This document shows, one piece after another, positions 34,666 to 45,918 of a stretch of DNA of 64,000 nucleotides. Source of the stretch: Pseudovirgaria hyperparasitica (Eukaryota); the NCBI GenBank assembly GCA_010093815.1, contig ML996568.1. One strand, given 5' to 3'. A program made the translations under genes and the position numbers. The notes beneath the pieces are model-generated. The model had not been told where the DNA came from and did no database searches. It saw nothing but the letters and a program-made list of their open reading frames with translations. Position 1 is the first letter of the stretch; every line of letters begins with the position of its first letter.

Positions 34666-36918
34666 ATGGCGGAAGAGAAAGGAACGGCGATGCCGGTGAA
34701 CAACGGTCGTGGCGAGCTGAAAGATGATCATGGTATAGCCATACAGGAACACGGAGCCTTGGATACTAACCCCCATGCTGATTCCCAGAGACCAACCGAT
34801 CCCAAAGATGTAAAACATCGTGGTGTTGAGAAAATGGAGCGCTTCAATGACGTTTTATATCATTCCGGCAGGTAGGTGCTGTGGACTAGAGCCTCATTAT
34901 GCATGTAATCACTGACGGAGATTCAACAGGACTGGAAAAGTCCTACTTTGGGTTCTTGCGGTGAGTATGATACCAGTACATGGACTCCATCCGGATACAG
35001 GGCTGATATGTTACCAGGCTTCGCTACTCGCAACCATGATTGGATACTCCTTAGATCAGGCAAGCACATCTCAATTCACTGTGATTGCCGCTTCATCCTT
35101 TGGCCGACACGCAGATATTGTAAGTTACGTGTTGCAGTCACACGAGCGCTGGTATCTCCACAAGTCGTTCTAATCGCTGCCAGGGCGCCATAGCAACTGC
35201 CAGCCAGATCATCCGTGCAATCGCCGAACCCTTCCTTGGGAGAATGTCCGACATCACTTCTCGACCAGACACATACATCGTTGTCCTCGTATTTTATGCT
35301 ATCGGCTATAGCGTAGCAGCTAGTTGCAACAACACGGCCACATATGCGATTGGCATCTGCTTCACGTCGTTTGGCGAGTCAGGTCTGGATTTATTATCGA
35401 ACGTTATTGTTGGCGACCTGACTCCGCTTCAATGGCGGGCGTTTGCTGGTGGGATGTTGAACGTCTCCAGTCTATTCACTACGTTTGCCGCAGGTGGGAT
35501 GGTCGACGCTCTGGTTCCAGATAAGTGGCGATGGGGACTTGGTATTTTTGCCATCATGATCCCAATCCTTATGCTACCTGCCATAGGCACATTATACGGC
35601 ATCCAACGAAAAGCTGATAAGATGAGTCTTGATGGCATCGCAGACAGCAGTATGGTGAGGAAAAATCGCGTAGACCACTCTTTAAAACGGTACATAGGTC
35701 TGGCTCGACAAGGTATTATTGACATAGACCTCCTGGGGCTTGTCCTGCTTGGGTTTGCATTCTCGCTTATCCTTCTATGTCTTACTCTTGCAGAGAATGC
35801 AGATGGAGGCTGGTCTAACCGAAGCATGATCGCTATGCTTGTTGTAGGCTTCGTTCTTCTCGGTGCGTTCATCGCGTACGAAGTGTGCTTGGCGCCCAAA
35901 CCAGTCATGAGGAAGACAATTCTTCTGAACAAAGCATGGATCTGCGCGACTGTAAGAACCACTCTTCTGTATCGTCTGCACCTTAGCTAAAGCTTCGGTT
36001 CCCCAGGTCGTTACAGTGGCTAGCCAAATGTCCACTGGTACCAGAGCCGGATATTTCTCCTCATACACATACGTTACTCAGTCCTTCAGTGACTTTGAGT
36101 GGAGTGTATTCAATAATGTAAGGTACCAATTGTATCAATCAGGCCAGAGACTGACATCCATAAGGCAAGTATGCTCACGTTGTATTTTACCAGTCCCCTA
36201 GGCGGCTTAATACACCGTATCACCCACAGATACAAGACACTGATGCTCATCGGAGCTGTTCTAAGGCTGATAGGAAACGGGATTGTCTTGACGGGAAACG
36301 GACGCGCAACCCAAAGTCTTGCGGCTTTAGCGGTCTCCCAGGTCCTCGTTGGATTTCGTGGGTTCATGACCATCGGGGCAAAAGTTGGCAGTCAAGGGTC
36401 CGTCGCCCACACTGATCTTGCTTCCGCGGTGTCTTTGTTGTTTCTCTGGGGTATATTGGCCAGTTCCGTGGGCTCTGCTATTGGCGCACTTATCTGGACA
36501 AACAAGATGCCGAAATTTCTTCGTGAAGAGCTGCCTGCAGGCACTTCTGAGGCAACTATCAAAAAGGTCTACGGATCCATCAAATTACTCAAGGAGTATG
36601 ACTTAGATGATCCCATCAGAGTTGGAGCAGTCCGTGCATATGATCGCACAATGGGGATTATATTCCTCACGAGTCTCTTGCTTTCCACTGTCTGTGTCGT
36701 CTTTACGTTGGCTATGCCGGACTATTATCTCGTAAGCCTACGAACCTGCTCAAGCTATGGTGACTGACTCGGCACAGGGGAAGCAACAGAATGCTATCGA
36801 TAACAAAGGTGTGGATGGGCATGAGGTCGTTGGCATTGAGGACCATACCAATCGGGAGCGATATACAGGACCTGGTCTGTGGAACCGAATCCGTCGTGCG
36901 TACTACAAAGACACTTAA
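34666..36918 (+). CDS. MFS siderophore-iron transporter (ARN/SIT family, MirB/Sit1-like), multi-exon
   Basis: GVEKME, MSDITSRP, VGDLTPLQWR, WRWGLGIFAIM, IDLLGLVLLGFAFSLILL, GWSNRSMIAMLVVG, APKPVM, QGSVAH, GSAIGALIWTNK, AMPDYYL; about 7 GT-AG introns; stop at 36916-36918. Confidence 0.9.
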
Positions 36919-37519
36919 CAGATGTGTATGACATGGGGAAAACTGCTAGGACAGTATGACCTACCGATTGTATGCTGCAACATAGCCAAGCTGTTTTCTA
37001 GGATGTACTATTTGAAAATAGCAGTTATCTTGACAGACAAATTACATCAAACTGTACTTTTCCATAATCTCGCAATACTTCAGATCTTGCAGTTCACTCT
37101 GCACGCCACGATACAACACACCAACGGCTGAGCAGACAGAACATTCTTCTTGACGGTGATGGCAGGGAACTTGTCATCTCCTATGCGGCAGATTGCCATT
37201 CAAGGAAACGGTGAAAGTGTAGAGACACGACCACTAATTGATTAGGATATAAGTCGTGCAACAGTTCTGCCACTTATTGTAGCAGTCGGGTTCTTTTGTT
37301 TAACTGTTGTGTATGTTGACGTCAACCTGATGACCGTGTCAAGCCTCGCATTGTTGGAAAGGCTCGATTTCTTCAAGCAGCCGATCCTCATCTATCACAT
37401 TTAGATATTGTCTCGCAATGTTTTATAGATCGGTGCCAGGCATACTCAGCGTAATTCAGGACCACCCAGCGTAATTCCGGGCCTGTATGTAAGTCTCCAT
37501 ATTTTCGTCGCGATCACGC

Positions 37520-39325
37520 TCATCCCTTTAATAAAAGCTTTTGCAGCACCAGTTTCGCACGATCGGCTTCAACCCGGCCTTCCTCGCCGTGCTTAATGAG
37601 TTGTCCCACGAGAAACATCAATTTTCCTTGATGTCCAGTCTCGCGCACCTCAACCGACACGTCCTCGTTCTTCGTGATGACATCTTGCGCCAAGGCTTCG
37701 TATTCTTCGTCGTTCATGGGCCGCAATAGTAGATCTTCCTCCCTTACAACATCCTCGACCTCTCTTTCAGGCTCATAAAACACCGTGCTCAGCAGCTGCT
37801 TCGCGACCTTGCCAGTCACCTTTCGTCGTAGAAGATATGCAATGATAGTTGCAACCTTTCCGGCTGGTACGCTGTTATGCACCCACTCCGTTGTCGAGGC
37901 CGCTAATAATCCGCCCAATTCGTGCAGGACCCAATTCGCCGCCATCTTGCCAACCTTCCCCTTCACACCAGCCGCCTCGGATTCCAGCGTCTCTTGTAGT
38001 ATATGCACAACATCAAAATAGTAATCCAACCTCTCTCCATCATCGAGTGCAAGCAACGTCTTCGCATCTTTCACCGTCACCCCATACGGCTCCCTAACAA
38101 GCATATCCAGCACCTCATCCGGTAGTTTAGGAAGCGTTTCCCTCAAATGCGCGACAAAGTCTTTGCCAATTATCACAGGCATGATATCAGCGTCGGGCAT
38201 GTACCTATAATCTACCTCGCCCTCCTTCCCGCGCAACCTCGTCGTGCTTGTCTGTCCAATCGTCCACCCCCGTGTTTCCCCCTCAATCATACCGCCGGCT
38301 TCTAACACACCGACCTGGCGGTCGCGTTCGGCGGTAACTGCATCCTCGACGGCGCGAAGGGATGAGAGATTTTTGATCTCAGTGCGCTGTGAGAGACCTG
38401 CAATACCGGCGTATGCGAGTGCGCCGGGGCCTGCAGAATTTTTCCGTACCGAGACGTTGACATCTGCACGGAGACCGCCTTGTTCCATGCCTCGGGTGGC
38501 GGCGTTGACAGCGCGTAGGAGGGCCTGGACTTTGCGGACGAATGCAGCTGCCGTCTGCGCGTGATGGATTTGTGGGAGCGATATGATCTCGATGAGAGGG
38601 TGCGAGACGCGGTTCAGATCGATCAGGTGGGTATGTGGTGGTTGGGCGAGAGTTTTTGCAGTGTCTTGCTCCATCTGAACTTGCGCGATACCAATTGTGA
38701 TACTAGGATAGTCTTGCTCTGCAATGCCGTCGTGAGGATACAGCGTGATGTGGCCACGCTTGGCAAAGGGTTCATAATATTGTGTTATTTGGTAGCCGTT
38801 GGGCTGGTCTTGGTAGAAATAGTGTTTACGGTCAAAGGTGCTACGCTTCTGTATGTCGCAATTGAGAGCTAAAGCTGCGCGGATTGCGGGGATTAGGGTG
38901 TCTTTCTGGAACTGTGGTTGAGAGCCGGGGAACGCGGCGTCGAAGAGGGCGACATGTGTGTTTGGAGTCTCATTCGTAGAGGTCAACGCTGAGGAAAATA
39001 ACTTTCGCGCGGTGTTCAATTCCGCGTGGATCTCGATGCCGACTGTAAGCTCCCAGTCTGTCAACTGGGAGCCTTTGCCATTGGATGATCCCTTCACGCC
39101 CTTGCTCTTCTTCTTGTTCTTCTGATCCTTAAGCAGTTTGCGATATGGTACGGCATCGTCTACACGGAGCTCGGTATGAAGGCTGCGCAGTCGAGTTGAT
39201 AGCTGGAAGCTCTTGGGTGCGGCTTGTGGGCGCAACTGAAGCCGACGGAAACACGCTTGACATACCCAAGGTGCATGTGAGGATATCAAGATCGAAGCTG
39301 CTCCCGTTGGGGCTGTTCGTACCAT
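37520..39325 (-). CDS. PET112: Mitochondrial glutamyl-tRNA(Gln) amidotransferase subunit B
   Basis: WELTVGIEIHAELNT, FDRKHYFYQDQPNGYQITQ, QMEQDTAK, IDLNR, LRADVNVSVR, RTEIKN, DYRYMPD; first ATG at 39325 with a basic presequence-like N-terminus. Confidence 0.96.
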   Translation of the reverse strand: MVRTAPTGAASILISSHAPWVCQACFRRLQLRPQAAPKSFQLSTRLRSLHTELRVDDAVPYRKLLKDQKNKKKSKGVKGSSNGKGSQLTDWELTVGIEIHAELNTARKLFSSALTSTNETPNTHVALFDAAFPGSQPQFQKDTLIPAIRAALALNCDIQKRSTFDRKHYFYQDQPNGYQITQYYEPFAKRGHITLYPHDGIAEQDYPSITIGIAQVQMEQDTAKTLAQPPHTHLIDLNRVSHPLIEIISLPQIHHAQTAAAFVRKVQALLRAVNAATRGMEQGGLRADVNVSVRKNSAGPGALAYAGIAGLSQRTEIKNLSSLRAVEDAVTAERDRQVGVLEAGGMIEGETRGWTIGQTSTTRLRGKEGEVDYRYMPDADIMPVIIGKDFVAHLRETLPKLPDEVLDMLVREPYGVTVKDAKTLLALDDGERLDYYFDVVHILQETLESEAAGVKGKVGKMAANWVLHELGGLLAASTTEWVHNSVPAGKVATIIAYLLRRKVTGKVAKQLLSTVFYEPEREVEDVVREEDLLLRPMNDEEYEALAQDVITKNEDVSVEVRETGHQGKLMFLVGQLIKHGEEGRVEADRAKLVLQKLLLKG

Positions 39326-39887
39326 TGCTGGGACGGGATCTTCTTGGTGATTGGCGGTTGGTGGTTGAATATGTGGTTGAGATCCGTGCGGAGGTCTTGC
39401 GAAGCCGTATGTGCTCGCTTGAGCCTTGTCCAAGCTCCTTCTCTACACCTATCAGTCAATGAAGCTTATTAAAGAAAGACTGATTTCCTCATAGACGTTC
39501 CACATTAAGTGAGAAAATGGCATGCCATGGAAGTAAACCCATGACGTTCTGCCGCCCAAGTCCTAAGGGAACCATGCATGCGTGAAGCATCCTACCCATA
39601 GAGCCATCTAATCTGCATGGTGGAGGACGAGCGATACGTGTATCTCTGGTGTTTGCCGAAGGCTTCCAATAATGTATTCCATTCTAACCAGAATATAGTG
39701 TCAGGATATAGAAAGACGCCCCTTCTAAAACTAGTCGCTAATTTTACATTTCTTCCGGCAGCTATGCCAACATAATGGACAATGATCTGGAATCTGGGGT
39801 ATCATCTGAAACTCATCTCATATCCGAACGCCAATGAAGCCCTCAACTCCACCAAAACACCGTTTACCAAACCTACTAAGGTGCACT

Positions 39888-40696
39888 TTACTTCTCCTCC
39901 AGGAACCTCACACTGCCTACTGCTCTCTCCAACTTTCCCACCGTACCGCCCAGGCCCTTATTCAGCCCCTCCAGATCTTCTCTCGCCTTCCTGTACGTCT
40001 CGACATACTCTTGCTCTCTCTTCGGTGCGTTCACTCCCAGTATCGCTTCTTTCTCAGCTCGTTCCATCACCGCGTTCTTCGCCATCAGCCACTGCATGTC
40101 TTCAGCGTCAACGTGTGCAGTGTATGCCTTTTCAAAGTTGCGCGCTGCTGAAGCGGCACCGTTCCGGCGTTCGAGAGCGACGGTTTTTTGAAGGGCGTCT
40201 TTGCGTGCTTCGAGATCGCGAATGCGGTCCGCTTGGGTGGTGTCGAAGGGTTCATACGCTAGATTGAACGTTAGCATGTCGGTGGAGGATTCATGGTGAG
40301 TTTGGGGGAGTAATGGCATAAGCAGTGTGTAATATAGGTGTGCTTACCTTCACCGGCGACAGCATCCGCGCTCGGAACCGGCATGCCATTGATGCTCATG
40401 TTTTTCCTTGCTTCGGCGAACGTTCTAGACAAATACTACCCGGAAGCAACATGTCAGCGACAAACTCGCAGAGCCCATTCAGCACAGGTTACGGCACATA
40501 TGAACGAGCGGGAGTGTGGTCAGTTTACCTGTCCAACCAGTTCTTCCACTTTTTTTCTCATCGCATCCTCGCCAACGGCGGCGGCGGGCGGGAAATTCAA
40601 ATCAATCTTGTCTCTCGCAACCCGTTTTGCGTATTCTTCAAGATATGTTAAATCTGAGGGAGTTTGGAGCTCGATACGTCGGTGTTGGGAATCCAT
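39888..40696 (-). CDS. Kinetochore Mis12-complex subunit, Mis14/Nsl1-like, 3 exons
   Basis: HRRIELQTPSDLTYL..ARDKIDLNFPP..MRKKVEELV, NMSING, YEPFD, GTVGKLERA. Confidence 0.82.
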
Positions 40697-41503
40697 TGTG
40701 TGCGTAATTGATTTAGAAAGCTGCGTAATGCACGATGTTGTTGTTTCTTTGTATCTGAATGCCGTTGCGGGTCCGGCATTTGCCAAGACTCTGATTGCGC
40801 TAGACCCGACGGGATTAGAGGGAGTCAAGGTGTGGCGAGTATGGGGCTGGACACTTGCTTGTGCTCAGAGGATTGTTTACTTTGAAGTGCGCGATTTGGT
40901 CACAGATCATGCTCCCTCTATTACTTCATCTAATACAACGTGTATACCATGCTCTATGTCTCAACATGTGATTTCATTGAAAGCGGTTCGCGAGTTATGC
41001 GCGTGTTCTATCCCGACACTAGTGATTACCATTCCTTCGAACAATAAACGCAATGCGCAAAGCTCCAATATCATCCGTCTCTTTTTTGCAAGCTCGCTCT
41101 TGCTGTATCCCCCGTCGTTACACATTCATTTGCGCATGGGTGTACTCCACCGGGTATCTCTCATTTCCTGTCTCATGGTTCTGCGCAACGTTCGATCAAT
41201 AATCGTTACAGATAACTTCTTCGACTACGAGGCTTTCACATCTGGAAATTGCAGATGTCGCGCAAAGTTTACATGCCACCAACAAATATGCCTCGCCAAG
41301 CACGATGTGTCTTTCGAGATCATGCGATCATCTATGCCGCACTCTCGGCACTATTCCCACGGCGCGCGGCGCGTTCCGAGCATGGATGTCACTTCACCTC
41401 ATTGGACCATTGTCCTTTAAATCGCGACGAGGTCATTTCGATCCCAGTACATGTCACATCCGAGGCACTCCGCATAAGCGCTCCTCCAGATGCAGATGTG
41501 CTG

Positions 41504-42655
41504 TTACGTGGTCGTGGCGCCTGGCACGCTGTCTAGTCGTCCAGGATACTGCAGCGCGATATCAGACATCTGCGATTCGCGTTTCGCCATTCTCGGCCTA
41601 TCCACAAGGCCATCCTCTTCGTGCAAAACGAGGGGTCCAGTATGTCCCAGATCGTCAGAATGGTTGCGGCGCCATTCGGCTGGTAAGTTGAAGTCGCGTG
41701 TCATATGTTCGATGTGCTTGATGGAGCCTTTGCGAGTGGAGACTGAACCTATACAACTCCTTGTGAACTGCTCCGTAGTCAGGACCTGTGGCGTTTCGCT
41801 CGGGCTGGCTGGGAATTGGCTGAGGTCCATAGCGGATTCTTGTGTTTTGGAGGGGATGCGGGCGTGCGAATCTTTTCGCTCGAGGACGACTTTGACAAGT
41901 TTGCTGAGGACACCGAATTCAAGCTTCAGCTTAATGCTGTAGACCATGCCTTTAAAGGTCGTTTCGACTTGGTACATGTTCATGAACTCGACGGCGAGTA
42001 GGGCGATGTCAAGGGCGATGATAAAGACATTGATGGCGACGAGTTCCCACATAATCTTTCTGGAGTTTCGCTCGAAAACGAAGGCTAGTACTTTGCGGAC
42101 CTCCCAAACGTAGATGCCGGAGATGTAGATTTCTTGTAATGAGAATGCGACCATTTGGATCTTCTCGTATACGGCGTAGCCAGTGACAAAAGGACCTTGG
42201 TGGGTATTGGAGCCCCATGTGAATACAGTTGTAGGAATACAGAATAAGAACCAGTTTACAATGATGAGCCAGAGTATGAAACGTAACTGTCGCCGATTGT
42301 GTATGATTAGGTGCAGACGAGACCACAGTACAATCGATTGGCCAGGTATCAGAATGAGCCAGCTGATGTTGAGAAACGCGACGGGTAACAGAGATGGCAC
42401 TGAATCCCGATATGGGGTGTAGACCTGTTTGATCCAGGCTCCAATCGAGTATGGCACGATTGAAAGAGTGCTGAGAAGTAGACTCCAAAAGTAAGTACCC
42501 TCATATCTCTTGAAGACCACAAAGATGAGGACAGTAAGTTCTATGGCATTAGCCCAAGCGATAGCCGTGAAAGCCATCATGGCCTGGTTGATGAGTTCGT
42601 TCCCCCCACGATAGCCTTTGGTGCTGCCATTTCCCGAATCCAATTGGTCCGGCAT
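41504..42655 (-). CDS. Fungal multi-pass (about 7 TM) integral membrane protein, GPCR-like
   Basis: NAIEL..FKRYEGTYFWSLL, GQSIVLWSRLHL, YEKIQMVAFSLQE..SGIY, KGMVYSIKLKLEFGVL. Confidence 0.85.
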   Translation of the reverse strand: MPDQLDSGNGSTKGYRGGNELINQAMMAFTAIAWANAIELTVLIFVVFKRYEGTYFWSLLLSTLSIVPYSIGAWIKQVYTPYRDSVPSLLPVAFLNISWLILIPGQSIVLWSRLHLIIHNRRQLRFILWLIIVNWFLFCIPTTVFTWGSNTHQGPFVTGYAVYEKIQMVAFSLQEIYISGIYVWEVRKVLAFVFERNSRKIMWELVAINVFIIALDIALLAVEFMNMYQVETTFKGMVYSIKLKLEFGVLSKLVKVVLERKDSHARIPSKTQESAMDLSQFPASPSETPQVLTTEQFTRSCIGSVSTRKGSIKHIEHMTRDFNLPAEWRRNHSDDLGHTGPLVLHEEDGLVDRPRMAKRESQMSDIALQYPGRLDSVPGATTT

Positions 42656-43538
42656 GGTGAAGGCTTAGTCGCGCCTGGATAGGCTCCTCATTTACACGTT
42701 AATATAGTCGAGATTTTCAGGGTCCAGATGTCCGGTTCCGGTGTGGTGGTAGTTGTCCATGAGAGACCAGAAACCAAGAATACAAAAAATCAGAAATCAG
42801 AGATCAGGAATAAAAACGTGGGGAAGAGCAGAGAGATGAAATGGTATCAGACGCACCTACCACGAGCTACCAGCAGGCAGCTGAAGAAGGATTTTACAGG
42901 AACGCCGCAAAGGATGATAAGCAATTGCACGGTCACGGTCACGGCCACGGCCACGGCGTCGGCCCGTTTCCAAGACAGCTCTAATTAGCCCCAACGATAA
43001 TCCCCCGCATAGCCATATTACCAGGTTAGGGATTAGTTGGCCTGTCAGAATAAATGCCGGTCTAGCCTTATTCGGGTGTGGTAAACGCTCAGTGACAACC
43101 TGGGCTAGAACGAGCTGTGTCTGTCATTCATGCGGGATAATTGACAGCCAAGCATTCTATCAAGACTTGATAATTAGGTAGACTCCCGAGCTTCAGCAGC
43201 AGCAGCGGCGAAAACAGTCCTTGGTGTAGGCCTTCGCTAGCCGCGACCTTTTCCGTCTTACGTGAGTCCGGTCCGGGACTGTTGCAGTCTAAGGGACTGT
43301 AGCTAATCCACATATCAGAATTCTCCAAATATTCATGTTTTGGTCCTTGTTTCCATATGCCATGGGTGTTTGTGACGGCGCGATTGGGAAAGGAAACGAT
43401 TGGGAGGATGCATGAGCATGACTGGCTAGCCGAATGACAGTAAATTTGCTTCGAGTGAACATTATACATGTCAAATTGCTAGCCTCTGCTGAGCATGTTG
43501 GTATAGAAGTACCACAGCTCGCTCAGCTTTCATCTCTT

Positions 43539-45519
43539 TCATGGCAAAGTCCACACCTTGACAGTCGCATCACTCCCTGTGCTCAACACGCGCCCGTCCA
43601 CCCATGCCACACCTGTTACCCCATCCTTATGAGCATTCGGTGCCTTGACTCTCTTCGCCGGCTCCCTCAAACTCCACGCAAATACATTGGTATCCAGACT
43701 TCCGCTGACCGCAGCATCACCATCTTTTGCCCACGCGATGCACGTCACGCGCCCTGAGTGAGCGCTCCAGCGGTCTGTGGCAACGGCCCAGTCGCCTGAA
43801 GCTGTGTACACGACGATCTTGCCGCTGCCGGTGCCTGCAGCGAGATTCGTGCCGGACTGGGAGAAAGATAGGGCTGTTACGGCTGCGGTTGCCGGGCGGA
43901 GTTCCTGGCCAGTGGGTTGCAAAGAGGACGGTGAGGAGAGGGTGTAGATATAGACTTTCTCGTCGCCACCAACTGCTACAGTGCTACCGCTTGCAGCTAT
44001 GCAGGTAGGTGTGTATGATGTTTTAGTCATGCTTGAGGGCTCGCCATCAATAAAGAGTTGAATGCCGTTGGAGGTTGCGACGAGGGTCGTTGCTCCTGAC
44101 ACTGCTACACTGCGAGGCTGGCCATCAGTGGGTATTGTTGTGCCCGTGAATGTCTTGGCTTCGAGTGACAGGCTACGGAGGGTATCGTCCCAGCCAATGC
44201 TCTGTAGTTGACTCTCACCATTGATGTCAGCTGCTGCGAATCCGGATACGTAGTTGCTGTGGCCATCTCCTTCAACTTTATGGGCAAGCCCAGTCTTGAC
44301 GTCCCATGCGCGAACCCTCCCTTCAAAGCTTCCTGTCACAAGTGTGCTTTTGTTGACTCCCGCCGCTGTAATATTCTTTTGATGACCATGTATGATCTTC
44401 TCCGGTTCTGGTTGGCCTTCCACTAGATAGTTCAAGTTTCCCTCGAGGTCGACCGATATGATCAGTGTATTTCCACGGGCTGCCGTCCACACGACACCCA
44501 GCTGTTGATGCGGAATGCTGACACCCTCACCACCCAAGCGCCATGTCTGCAAGACTTTTCCAGCTTCGGCATCCCAGATTCGAACAGTCTGATCCGCACT
44601 GGCAGTCACGAATCTCTTTGAGTCTTGTGCCCAGGACACACCAAAGATACTACCTGTGTGCACACCCTCTCCAATCTGGTTCTTCGGCTCCCCTGTCTTG
44701 CCGTCAAACAGCCAAATCTTCTTATCCGCACCTACACTCACGAACACAACTCCATCAGGACTGAACGCCGCGCCGAACACAAATCGATTATGTTGTGATC
44801 CCATACTAGTGTTGAACTTGAACGGCGCTCCATGATAGAATACCAAGCTCGTATCATCACCACCGGTGACAGCACGCAGTGGTCGTTGCTGCCGTATCGA
44901 AACCGTATTGATCTGCGCAGAGTGACCTGAGATCTGACCAACAGTATTCCCGCTATCCCAGGTAATGCAATGGCCGAAGCGCTCCTTTCCACTTCCCACA
45001 GCTATGATACGCTGGGAGTCTCCGTCCCAGGCGATGTCGTTGATTGGGCCATTGACGATGTGGTATTCGCCTTTTAAGATATTGTCAGCACAACTTTCTT
45101 ACATGGAGGTGCTTCGTAATTCGACCTTTTGTGACGCCTTCCCCTACACAGTCCCAGACTCGCACCGATCCAGACGCATCTCCACTTGCAATGTAGAATC
45201 CAGACGGCGCGAACCGTGCGACAGTGGTGGTAGCCGTGTGTTGCGTGTATTGGCGGCACTCGGCCGGATTTTCAATTGAGCGGACAAATATCGATTTTCC
45301 GGACTATGAAAAGGTCAGCCGTGTCTATTGTATGCGCGTTATGTCATTGGCGTACAGCGTATGCAATGCGCTCTCCTTTCTTGTCTGCGCTTAGAATTGT
45401 GGGCTGTCCGCGTGTGGTAGTGGGGGAGGGCGCCCAGATGGCTTCTACAAAATGTATGTAAGTAGGCAACGCAGGTACAATCTTCTTGAGCAGATTTTCC
45501 TACCAGACTTAAGCGACAT
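43539..45519 (-). CDS. AIP1: WD40 actin-interacting protein 1
   Basis: Spliced N-terminus WAPSPTTTRGQPT, HTTATTVARF, DIAWDGDSQRIIAVG, DSGNTVGQISGH, RQQRPLRAVTGGDD, HGAPFKF, RWSAH; ATG at 45519. Confidence 0.93.
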
Positions 45520-45918
45520 GGTATTTCCGTGTAGACAGTGGAGAGTTGTATTGTGCGGGTGAGGATGTGACAGGTGTGTCCATGGATCCGGATCCTAGGG
45601 CAACCGCCGGAGCTTATTTCTAACCCCGAGAAATGGTAGGCCAGGGATCTCTTACAATGTCATACATACTACAATATTTATTCCAACTGAATTAAAGCAT
45701 CTAAAACACAGCACAAGGGGTAAATGTGTCAGGACTTCCTTGTAGTTAACCACAGTCCGAAGTCCGAGTAAAGCATCGATCACGACTCGAAGCATCAAGA
45801 ATCGTCATACTTCAAAATAAAAGGACAGAATAGTTCTATCAACACCACTCCTTCTTTCTGCAAGTAATGAATCAGATCCATACTTGCTGCCAAATTCTTC
45901 CTCGTCTCTTGGTACAGC

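Noticed and set aside
39326..39433. N-terminal extension of PET112 in the ORF track
   Set aside because: Begins at TTG; the first ATG at 39325 gives a plausible mitochondrial presequence.
40338..41420. 360-aa plus-strand ORF
   Set aside because: Non-ATG start, overlaps the Mis14-like gene antisense and runs toward the 3' end of the TM gene; composition is not protein-like.
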